Below, in pieces: positions 45,648 through 55,229 of a stretch of DNA of 64,000 nt. A program made the position numbers and the translations under genes. The notes below the pieces were generated by a model. The model was not told the origin of the DNA and made no database searches. It was given only the letters and a program-made list of their open reading frames with translations. Position 1 is the stretch's first letter, and every line of letters starts with the position of its first letter. The stretch lies in the sequence record MK250021.1. One strand, written 5' to 3'.

Positions 45648-45857
45648 TTAATTATAGAAAATATTTTTCATTTAAAAAATAATTTAGATAAATAATATAA
45701 GAAATAAGTTTAATAACTTTGGTAGGTTGGTTTAAACTATTTTTATAATTTGAATATAATATATAATTAAAGATATTTATAGATCGTTTATATTAATAAT
45801 TTGTATCAACCTACCAATTTTATACAAATTAAAATATAAACGATTTTTTATTATATT

Positions 45858-46991
45858 ATGTTAAAGTCTATTAAAATACGAATATATCCTGATAATGTTT
45901 AGAAAGAATTTATTTCTAAACAGTTAGGTTGTTGTAGACTTATATATAATAAATTATTGGATTATAAGAAGTCATAGTATGAGTAGAATAAACAATCTGT
46001 TTCTTTATCACAGTTAGGTAAATATTTAACTAATTTAAAGAAACTAAATGAATATTCTTTTTTAAATGATGTTTATTCTTAGTGTTTATAGCAATCTATA
46101 ATGGATATGATTAAAGCATATGATAATTTCTTTAAATTACATAATGGTTATCCTAAATTTAAATCAAAGAAAGATACTAAACAAACATGTAGATTTACAA
46201 ATACTATATTTAAATTTAAGAAAAAGAAAATTAATGGTAATAGGATAACATTAATTAAATAGTTATAGAATATATTATTTAAATGTTCAAAAAGAGATGA
46301 AATATATTTAAATCATAATCAGGATAAAATCCATTTTATTACTCTTACTAAAACATCTACTGAAAAATATTATCTATCTATTTGTATTGAGTATAATATT
46401 TATAAAAAAGAAAAGTTAGATACAGTAATAGGTCTTGATTTAGGTATTAAAGACTTTATAGTAGATTCTAATGGAAATAGATATGAGAATAAACATTTTT
46501 ATAAAAACCAAGAAAAGAAATTAAAGAAATTATAGAGGAAACTTTCTAAAAAGTAGAAAGGAAGTAATAATAGAAATAAAGTTAGAATTAAATTAGCTAA
46601 CGTTCATGAAAAAATAGCTAATCAAAGAAGCACATATTTACATCAAATTAGTTCAAAATTAGTTAACGAGAACCAAGTTATCTGTATTGAAGATTTAAAT
46701 GTAAATGGTATGATGTCTAATCATAAATTAGCTAAATCTATATAGGACTTAAGTTTCTATGAATTTAGACGTTAGTTAGAATATAAATGTAGATAGAATG
46801 GAAGACAATTAATGATTATAGATAGATTTTATCCTTCTTCTAAAACATGTCACAATTGTGGATATATTTATAAAAGTTTAAAATTAAATGAACGCGACTG
46901 GATATGTCCACATTGTAGATCTCTAATAGATAGAGATTATAATGCTTCATTAAATATTTTAACTGAAGGATTAAGACAAATTAATTTATAA
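45858..46991 (+). mobile_element. tnpB: TnpB RNA-guided endonuclease paralog, 377 aa in code 15; no tnpA
   Basis: Same length as and highly similar to 32432-33565; RuvC D/E/D residues intact. Confidence 0.9.
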
Positions 46992-47007
46992 TTTATATAA
47001 AATATTA

Positions 47008-47128
47008 AATAGGGTTGAGTTTACCCGAATTTACGCTTGCGGAGATACCAACTATGGATGAAAGAAATTACATTCATGTAATTATACTAAAAAGTAGTGT
47101 GTCTATGAAACAAGAAACACAGGTTTTT
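47008..47128 (+). ncRNA. TnpB omegaRNA-like scaffold
   Basis: AATAGGGTTGAGTTTACCCGAATTTACGCTTGCGGAG...GAAACAAGAAACACAGGTTTTT, homologous to the 731-850 and 32319-32416 copies. Confidence 0.7.
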
Positions 47129-47150
47129 AAAATTAATTGAAAACAAAACT

Positions 47151-47621
47151 ATGAGTTTGTACAAATATCCAAGTATACATGGTTTGAAGGATATTGCAAT
47201 GATTTATAATGATTCTGAATGGGATAATGCAAAACTTAAAGTGTGGGATCCTGAATATCAAAGAGAATATAATATATCATTTACAGGTTCTACAAGACCA
47301 ACTGAAACTGAACCAGGTATAGTAAGTTTCAATATATCAAAAGTAAAAGACGAAAAATCTGCTGATGAAAAATCAATAGATATTTATTTAGATAAAAGAT
47401 TTCCTAATATATCTAAATTAGAGAGAAACAAATATGAATTGATTTTTAGAGCAGGTGTTGAATATGGAAAGAATGTAAGTAAAAAAGATTTACTTAAAGA
47501 ATTATTTAAATCACCATGTGAAAAATGTGGTAGTTATATGATGTCAGATAATTGTATTTGTAATAAATTATATAACTATTGTGATTTTATAGAAGAAATA
47601 AAGAAAAGGATAGAGAAATAA
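47151..47621 (+). CDS. Hypothetical protein with C-terminal Cys cluster
   Basis: ATG abuts the omegaRNA right flank; CEKC...CIC. Confidence 0.6.
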   Translation: MSLYKYPSIHGLKDIAMIYNDSEWDNAKLKVWDPEYQREYNISFTGSTRPTETEPGIVSFNISKVKDEKSADEKSIDIYLDKRFPNISKLERNKYELIFRAGVEYGKNVSKKDLLKELFKSPCEKCGSYMMSDNCICNKLYNYCDFIEEIKKRIEK

Positions 47622-47646
47622 GAATCTCTATCCTTTATTATTTTAT

Positions 47647-48219
47647 TTAATATTCATCATCGTCATCCCATTCATCGTCAGAATCATCATAATCTTCCTC
47701 TTCATCATCAAAATTAGAATCAGAAAGATAAATTTCTTCTATAACTACTTGATTAACTTTGAATACCATAAGTCCTTCTGAAAATTCAAGTTCAATATCA
47801 ATTTCACCATCTTCATTTGCAGGGAATATTTGAATACTTTCATCTTGTTTTAATTCAATTTCAGGTTTACAATAGGCAATATCAAAAATACCTATTGTAC
47901 CAGAATCTACATCATATTTTTGATTTGTCATAGAATCATATGTACCATCGCCATATTGAGTTCCTTGAATAATACCTATAACTTCCTCATCATTTTCAAG
48001 AATTCCATCAGGATATTTCTTTGCACCCCATACATTATCATAAATATCTTCTGTTAAACAATAACATGGATCACCAATAACAAGTGATTCTACATTTGTT
48101 AATGTTACATAATAACGTCCACTTGTTTGTGTATATTTCTCATTAATTGATTTCTTTACAGATTTTGATACTGATTTCATTATACTTTCATATAATGATT
48201 TCTTTTGTTTATTATTCAT
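47647..48219 (-). CDS. DUF4241-like protein with N-terminal LYESIM tag
   Basis: LVIGDPCY, GTQYGDGTY, YDVDSGTIGI. Confidence 0.55.
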   Translation of the reverse strand: MNNKQKKSLYESIMKSVSKSVKKSINEKYTQTSGRYYVTLTNVESLVIGDPCYCLTEDIYDNVWGAKKYPDGILENDEEVIGIIQGTQYGDGTYDSMTNQKYDVDSGTIGIFDIAYCKPEIELKQDESIQIFPANEDGEIDIELEFSEGLMVFKVNQVVIEEIYLSDSNFDDEEEDYDDSDDEWDDDDEY

Positions 48220-48334
48220 AATGTTATGTAAATTAAAAAAATTATTTTTAGTATTTATCTTTTAACAAAGATACATAAAATTTTTTAAATAAAAAAGAGA
48301 TGTAATTTAATTATTACATCTCTTAAATTATTAA

Positions 48335-48637
48335 TTATCCATCATATCCGTATTTACCGAATACATGAACAATTTCACCGCTTTTAGTTGTATAAGATTT
48401 ATCATAAGATTCTAGATCATAATCACCGAAGTAATCATCATATGATTTATATCTCCAGCTATCTTCTGTAATATCTTCCTCTGATATAGAATCTTTTGAA
48501 ACTAATTTATTATGATCTCTATCAAGAACATATGTTCCATTTTTCCATCCATTATATTCATCATCTGATGCAAATGTCAATGAATGTGTAGAACTTGAGT
48601 TAGTTTCAAATACACTTTTTCTTACTTGAATTCTCAT
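48335..48637 (-). CDS. FETNSSSTH-motif protein 4
   Basis: MRIQVRKSVFETNSSSTHSL. Confidence 0.8.
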   Translation of the reverse strand: MRIQVRKSVFETNSSSTHSLTFASDDEYNGWKNGTYVLDRDHNKLVSKDSISEEDITEDSWRYKSYDDYFGDYDLESYDKSYTTKSGEIVHVFGKYGYDG

Positions 48638-48655
48638 TATATATTAATATATATT

Positions 48656-49219
48656 TTAATTACTCTTATAGTATTCCCATGATTTTCCAAAATTTGGACA
48701 ATCCAACTCTTCATCACTATTATCATTACCTGTTGATACATAACTATTATAATCAAACAAATAATTCATAAGTTTCTTTTCATCACTTATAATATCTGTA
48801 AGAAAATCACCTACTTCATTTCCATGATCTATATAACCACTATCTTCTTCATCATCATTATTCATAAATTTAATATAAGTATATTCACTACCATCATCAT
48901 ATTTATGAACTTTAACTTTCATATTAGCAGCATATGGAAATAGTGCTTTAATATTATGTTTTGCAAGAATATCTGTAATTGATTTAATTGCATTATTTAC
49001 TTTATCAATATTATTCCAATAACAACTTGTAATTGCTTCCCATAGATATTCTGCTTTAGTAGCAGTGTCAAAATGAATATCAAAATCCCATCCAAATTCG
49101 CCTTTACCAAATATTACTTTATCAGGAAATTCATTAATATCAGATTTCTTAATAATGGAAATAGAATGTGTTGAACTTGAATTTGTTTCAAATACACTAC
49201 GTCTAACTTGTACTTTCAT
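48656..49219 (-). CDS. FETNSSSTH-motif protein 3
   Basis: MKVQVRRSVFETNSSSTHSI. Confidence 0.8.
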   Translation of the reverse strand: MKVQVRRSVFETNSSSTHSISIIKKSDINEFPDKVIFGKGEFGWDFDIHFDTATKAEYLWEAITSCYWNNIDKVNNAIKSITDILAKHNIKALFPYAANMKVKVHKYDDGSEYTYIKFMNNDDEEDSGYIDHGNEVGDFLTDIISDEKKLMNYLFDYNSYVSTGNDNSDEELDCPNFGKSWEYYKSN

Positions 49220-49243
49220 TTTATTTTATAAAATTAATAATTA

Positions 49244-49909
49244 TTAAATAATATAAATCTTTGGTTTATAATAAGGTGCATAAGCTTCATCGGCATAAGT
49301 AATAGTATTATTATCATCCATAATATTCCAAAAATATTCATTGAATTTTTCTACTGTTAACCAACCACCATTTTCACCAATATTTTCAAAAAACTTTTTA
49401 TTTGTATCTGTATTTTTTGTAAATTCAACATATGAACCATATTCAAGTTGATTCTTAACATCTTGAATATCATACCCATGTTGTTTTGCAATCTTCTTTA
49501 TATACTCTACAAACTTCTTATATACTTCTGTATCTTCTAACCAATCATCATGATTATCCTCAAAATAATGGTTTCTATATTCAGCTCTATTATAATCTTC
49601 AATATAATATGCATTGTTATTTAATTCCATTGCAATATATTGAAGTTTAGCAACCCAATTATTAATGATATAATAAATATTAGTCATTTCATCACCATTT
49701 TCGAAATCAATACCACGAAGAATAAATGTATGTTCTATAATATAATCCTTTGGATTAAATATACCACAGTCCATATTATCCTTATATTGCTCAAAAATAG
49801 CTTTATATACAATATCTTTTACATCATCAATTGTTCCATGTGTAATTTGTAAAGAATGTGTTGAACTTGAGTTTGTTTCAAATACACCTCGTCTAATTTG
49901 TACTTTCAT
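49244..49909 (-). CDS. FETNSSSTH-motif protein 2
   Basis: MKVQIRRGVFETNSSSTHSL. Confidence 0.8.
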   Translation of the reverse strand: MKVQIRRGVFETNSSSTHSLQITHGTIDDVKDIVYKAIFEQYKDNMDCGIFNPKDYIIEHTFILRGIDFENGDEMTNIYYIINNWVAKLQYIAMELNNNAYYIEDYNRAEYRNHYFEDNHDDWLEDTEVYKKFVEYIKKIAKQHGYDIQDVKNQLEYGSYVEFTKNTDTNKKFFENIGENGGWLTVEKFNEYFWNIMDDNNTITYADEAYAPYYKPKIYII

Positions 49910-50409
49910 TAATCTGGTTCTATATAAATTTTTGTATGTTCATGATTTAAATCTTTATCGTAATTGAAATAATCCCTATCAAATATGTCAACTTTTGATT
50001 CATCATTAAAAATATATTCTAACAATAATTGCTCAAAGTCTTCATCTTTTTCATCAAATAGGTCATTAAATACATCTTCATACCCATAGCTATAATTATC
50101 ATATTCTCCCGTTTCTGAAATAAGGAATACACAATTAATATCATATTTAGATAATACTTTTTCAATGCGATATTTAGTAGACATAAAATGAGATAGATTA
50201 TCACCAAATGTCATATAGTCAAATAAGTTATCTAATCTATCTTGAAAATGATTACCTTTATCTCTTTCTCGCCAAGGTAAACCAAATTTAAGTGTAGTTC
50301 CTGCATATAATTTAAGAATTTTATCATCTACAGGTTTTGTACATATAGTTAATGTATGTGTTGAACTTGAATTAGTTTCAAATACACTATGCCTTATTTG
50401 AATTTTCAT
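49909..50409 (-). CDS. FETNSSSTH-motif protein 1
   Basis: MKIQIRHSVFETNSSSTHTL. Confidence 0.8.
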   Translation of the reverse strand: MKIQIRHSVFETNSSSTHTLTICTKPVDDKILKLYAGTTLKFGLPWRERDKGNHFQDRLDNLFDYMTFGDNLSHFMSTKYRIEKVLSKYDINCVFLISETGEYDNYSYGYEDVFNDLFDEKDEDFEQLLLEYIFNDESKVDIFDRDYFNYDKDLNHEHTKIYIEPD

Positions 50410-50432
50410 AATTTTCCTATTGTTTTATATTA

Positions 50433-51317
50433 TTACTTATTATATTTGTTTCTAATAAATTGAAACATTTCATCCATAGTCTTATCACCTATAGGGAATC
50501 TTTCTTTAGAAATTGAATTCTTTGCAAATTCACCCTTTACTAAATCAATATAAAATGTATAACCACCATCATCTCCCATGTAGAATTCATTCCATTCATC
50601 ATCGGACATAATACGTTTTACATCAAGTTGCTTAATTGCTAGATTATCAAAACTTAATACTTTAAACTTCTCCGTAATTTCCTTAAGATTATCAAAGATA
50701 TATTTACGATTTGTTTCAATCATATCATTATGTTCCTTATGGAAATTAACTCCTCGTTGTAAATCTTTATATCCAAGGAGAAGAACTTTAAGATTATGAT
50801 TTGCCAACTTATTAATGTCATCTTCAGATAAAATTCCTACAATAGTATGAAGAACTGTATTAGGAATACTATTCATTTTCTGGATAAGTTCATCAGATGG
50901 TTTTACCAACGAAACACCAATACCATATACGAGTTTATTATCAGACCAATCCTTTAATTTATCATAATTATCAAAGAATTGTTTTTGATTTACTGTAATA
51001 TTAGCAAATACTTTCTTCGATTTAAGGAAATTAAGGAACTTATCAAGATCAGGGTGATCAAGGTCATTACCATTCAATGCAATTTCTGTATATGGATGAA
51101 GTGTATTTATAAATGGATATGCAAACAAGTCACCGTGTTTCCCATGTGGTGAACATCCCTCGTAGCACCACAAACATCCGATTTTACACTTATCTGTTAA
51201 TTTACAGTCTACATTTTCACTATATGCTGGAATAAACTCATCATCATTTGTACGACGAATTTTTGTTCCATCACCCAAAATTGTTACGATATAATTACCA
51301 TTCTTATAACTTGGCAT
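50433..51317 (-). CDS. Radical SAM enzyme
   Basis: CxxxCxxC (CKIGCLWC), EIALNGND, ANITVN, GIGVS; no SPASM CxxC cluster visible. Confidence 0.85.
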   Translation of the reverse strand: MPSYKNGNYIVTILGDGTKIRRTNDDEFIPAYSENVDCKLTDKCKIGCLWCYEGCSPHGKHGDLFAYPFINTLHPYTEIALNGNDLDHPDLDKFLNFLKSKKVFANITVNQKQFFDNYDKLKDWSDNKLVYGIGVSLVKPSDELIQKMNSIPNTVLHTIVGILSEDDINKLANHNLKVLLLGYKDLQRGVNFHKEHNDMIETNRKYIFDNLKEITEKFKVLSFDNLAIKQLDVKRIMSDDEWNEFYMGDDGGYTFYIDLVKGEFAKNSISKERFPIGDKTMDEMFQFIRNKYNK

Positions 51318-51446
51318 AATTTCTTTATTTTAAAAAATTAATAAATTTAAATTTAATATCACGAAGATACATAATTTGTTTATATATAAAAAAGAAAATA
51401 GAGAATATCTAACATTAATTAGTAAATATTCTCTATTTTAAAAAAT

Positions 51447-51944
51447 TTATAATTCTATTATTTCTAATTTATTATAAGGTATTATTCCATTATAAAAATA
51501 TGTTGGATCTATTTCATCTTCAGATTCTTCATCATATATGTTGTTTTGATCTAAAGAAAGTTTATTTAAATCAATATCAGATGTTTTAATTTTAAATACA
51601 ATAATTTCTAATTCTTTTTCATATCGATCTTCATATTCTTCAGCAAACTCTTCAAAATCATCGGAACATTCCAAATATGATTCCGCAACATATTCATCTG
51701 TTGCTAAAAAAACACCATGACTTATATTTTCATATGGCGTATTTTCATAATTCCAAAATCGTTTCTTTGGTATTTTTGCACCTAACCCATTTTTCTTTAT
51801 TGAACGCAAATAACAAGATGGAGTTGCATGATAAAAATATTCAGGTATATTATAATTGATTGTTTCATTAATTGATTTCTTTACAGATTTAGAAATAGAT
51901 TTTATTATATTTTCATATAATGTTTTCTTTTGTATAGAATTCAT
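51447..51944 (-). CDS. ADP-ribosyltransferase-fold protein (Tpt1/KptA- or DUF952-like) with N-terminal LYE tag
   Basis: YHATP...SIKKNGL, GVFLAT...AESY, IVFKI. Confidence 0.6.
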   Translation of the reverse strand: MNSIQKKTLYENIIKSISKSVKKSINETINYNIPEYFYHATPSCYLRSIKKNGLGAKIPKKRFWNYENTPYENISHGVFLATDEYVAESYLECSDDFEEFAEEYEDRYEKELEIIVFKIKTSDIDLNKLSLDQNNIYDEESEDEIDPTYFYNGIIPYNKLEIIEL

Positions 51945-52089
51945 AATTTTACATAAATTAAATTTTATTTTTATATTTATATGATGATATACAATGTAAA
52001 TTTATAATAAATAATACATTAAATAAGACATTTTTATAATTATAGAATATTTAATAATAGGTAAGGTAGAATATTAAAAGATTTAAATT

Positions 52090-52694
52090 ATGACGACATT
52101 TATATATATTATATTTTTATGTTTTTATATAGCATTTGGAATAACAATATTTGGAATTTGTTATCGGTATAACTTTTTAAATATGAGAGATGAATATATA
52201 AGAGATAAACGTGCTAATTCAGAAAATGAATTTGTATTTTTAACAATAACATTTTGGCCGTTTTTACTTATTATTATTTTATTTATTTGTATACCTAAAA
52301 GGATTATAGAATCATTAATTAAAAATATTGATGAAGAATTAAAAATAGATAATAAATTACATAAAAATAATAAAGTAACTAATAGTATTAATTTATGATA
52401 CAAAATAAAATGATAACTTTATCAAAAAGTTATGAATATACAGATTACTATTGCGAGTTTGTTAAATATAAGAATAAAATATTTAAAATTCTTGTGCAAT
52501 CAACAGGAACAAGAATTACAGCACATATATTTATAGTCAATAAATATGGAATATCGGAGATAGCAGAAGGTTCAGATTTTGAAGAAAATATCCGTCATTT
52601 TGATATTAATAACTCTACAAGTAAAGATATAAAGCATAAATATATATTAAAACAACTCAAATATGCTAAGGATTTTATTACTAAGATATTTTAA
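52090..52694 (+). CDS. Two hypothetical proteins (52090 membrane; 52395)
   Basis: ATGA overlap. Confidence 0.55.
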
Positions 52695-52722
52695 TAAATA
52701 TTTAAAGACTTAGTAATTAACG

Positions 52723-52986
52723 ATGAATCCATTAACATATTTGATTTTATTTTTATAGAATATATTTTATATAATAGAAGGTTACAGTAAATGGCTATTT
52801 GATATTGTAACATTCAAGGAAAATCGATTATCAAAAAAGCGAATGGCAATCTGTAATAAATGTGAACATAATAAACATGGAATATGTGAGTTATGTGGAT
52901 GTATTCTTAAAGCAAAAACAAGAGTAGATTTTATATTAGATAATAATGGAATAACGATAGACGGATGTCCAAAAAGGAAATGGTAA
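52723..52986 (+). CDS. Cys-rich Zn-binding protein, 87 aa in code 15
   Basis: RMAICNKC...CELCGCILKAK...CPKRKW; one TAG. Confidence 0.65.
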
Positions 52987-53044
52987 TTAAACTATTTCCT
53001 TTTTTCTTTATATAATAATATATGTAAAAATAGAATTATTTAAA

Positions 53045-53542
53045 ATGAAAGATATATCAACAGATATTAAGAGAGAAATGAATGAAATACAAGATAGGAT
53101 AGGTGCATTTCATGATACCGGAGTAACAGATGATGGTATGATGAAAACTAAACCTTCTATAACCATATGTGTTGATTTTGATGGTACAATGGTAAAGCAT
53201 GAATATCCTAATATTGGAGAAGAAGCAGAAGGTTGTATCGAAACATTGAAAAGGTGGATAAATGATTATAACGTAGGTATTATTTTGGATACCATGAGAT
53301 CTGATGAAACTTTAGATGAAGCTGTTAAATGGTGTAAAGAAAATGGTATTAAACTTTATGGAATAAGTAAGGATCCAACACAAGAAAAATGGACAAATTC
53401 ACCGAAGGCATATGCTCCATTTTCTATTGATGACAGGAATGTCGGATGTCCATTAGTATATGGAAAATCAAAACGACCATATGTGGATTGGAAAAAGATT
53501 GTAGAAATTTTTGAACCGGTTATTAAAATGTTTGTGGAATGA
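53045..53542 (+). CDS. HAD phosphatase (BT0820-like)
   Basis: ICVDFDGTMVKHEYPNIG, SIDDRN. Confidence 0.75.
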   Translation: MKDISTDIKREMNEIQDRIGAFHDTGVTDDGMMKTKPSITICVDFDGTMVKHEYPNIGEEAEGCIETLKRWINDYNVGIILDTMRSDETLDEAVKWCKENGIKLYGISKDPTQEKWTNSPKAYAPFSIDDRNVGCPLVYGKSKRPYVDWKKIVEIFEPVIKMFVE

Positions 53543-54291
53543 TAAAGTTTAAAAAAGAAAAGTCAAATAAAAAATATATAGAAGTTATTCCTATTGAATA
53601 CAATATGTATGAATTTCTTCATAATATGAACAGTTATAAACATATAAATTTATTTGATGTTATTACGAAATCAACTGATACTGATATAAAGAGATTCATT
53701 AAAGAACACCCTATTATTGATAACATTATTAATAATAGAAATAATAGAAATAAATTAACTATTAAAAGAACTATATTACCTATAAACAGTGTATGTGAAT
53801 TTTCCGAGATAGAAAAATTCACATGTGTTGGCGATAAACCTATATATTTCTTTAAGGCTACATTTTTACAACAAGAATATGATGCTATATATTTAACTGA
53901 TGAAAATCTTTTTGAATTGTTTAATTTACAAGAATAAATTATGATTAAGTTTAAAGATAATAATGATAATTTCTTGAGAGTTACTATAATATCACCTGTC
54001 ACTTATGAATTAATATCTTTATTAGATAAAGAAAATGTTGATATAAGTGCAGTGTATAATTACAAGGATTTAAATAGAATTATTAAAGAACATGATTGTA
54101 TCATGGATGAACTTAGGTATTATATGTGTAATAGGATGAATCAATTAATAAATTATAAAAATATAGTTAAAGTTCAGAATATTACAAAAATTAATTGTCT
54201 AGGAATTGATGATACCTATTTTCTATATATAGACGGATGTTATTATCTTACGAATGATATAAATTTTATACAAAAATATATAAAGAGATAA
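53539..54291 (+). CDS. Two related hypothetical proteins (53539; 53941)
   Basis: Both start MIKFK and align loosely. Confidence 0.55.
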
Positions 54292-54295
54292 GTGT

Positions 54296-55141
54296 ATGTA
54301 GTACGAAAATACTATTGTAATTAATTTGGTTGCTGGACCATGTGCAGGAAAATCAACTATAGCAAGTGGTATATTCTATAAGTTAAAGATGAAAGGAATT
54401 GATTGTGAACAAACTTTGGAATATGCAAAGGATCGAGTATGGGAAGGAAGTTACTCTACAATGGATGATTAGATCTATATGTTTGGAAAACAATATCATA
54501 GAGTATGGAGATTGAATCATAAAGTTTAGGTAATTATTTCAGATAGTCCATTGATATTATCTATTCATTATGCGAAATTTGAGAGTAACTATTTTGAGAA
54601 CTTTGTTATTGAGCAATTTAATAAGTTTAATAACATTACTTATTTTATTGAACGAGATACAGAATATAATGAGAATGGTAGGGTTCATTCATTAGATGCC
54701 GCAATGAAAGCAGATTAGGAATTAAAGGATATTCTTAATAAACATGATATTAAATATTCAACGGTAAAGACAACAGAGGCAACCGATATTATTACAGATT
54801 AGATTTTATAGAAATTAGAAGATATGAAGAAAATTAAAAAAGATACCGTTGTTACTCTTTATGAATCTAAATGTTATAATGGAGATGAAAGAGACGAAAA
54901 CGGAGAATCTAAACTTCATATGATAAAATATACAGCTAATAATATGTATAATTATTTAACTCAACAATTGACATTATTTGCCGGTAGTGATGTAGATAAG
55001 AAATTAATTTGTGAGTTATGTAAGAAAAATGAAAAAGATGAAAATAAGAAATTTATTTGTTATTATACAATAAATAAAGAACATTATACATGTATTCAAA
55101 AAGTTGATTATTTAGGAACTGTGACATATATATTGGATTAA
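54296..55141 (+). CDS. AAA_28/NadR-like P-loop kinase, in frame with the 54824 ORF in code 15
   Basis: INLVAGPCAGKST, EYAKDRVWEG, ISDSPL, NGRVHS; starts ATG TAG. Confidence 0.75.
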
Positions 55142-55142
55142 G

Positions 55143-55185
55143 ATAAAGGGATATAGATTAAATTATATGAATCTATATCCCTTTA
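55143..55185. terminator. Intrinsic terminator hairpin, representative of many
   Basis: ATAAAGGGATATAGATT...AATCTATATCCCTTTAT; similar hairpins near 7615, 13390, 14515, 19612, 22920, 27888, 31047, 47605, 48295, 51396, 58618. Confidence 0.7.
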
Positions 55186-55229
55186 TTATTTAAAATAAAT
55201 AATGAAATATTGTATGAATATTTTAATTT

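Noticed and set aside
32432-46991. Autonomous IS200/IS605/IS607 elements or catalytically dead TnpB (TldR)
   Set aside because: No tnpA/serine recombinase nearby, and the RuvC D/E/D residues are intact in both copies
48335-50409. Diversity-generating retroelement explanation for the motif array
   Set aside because: No reverse transcriptase and no template/variable repeat pair with A-specific mismatches; conservation is at the N-terminus
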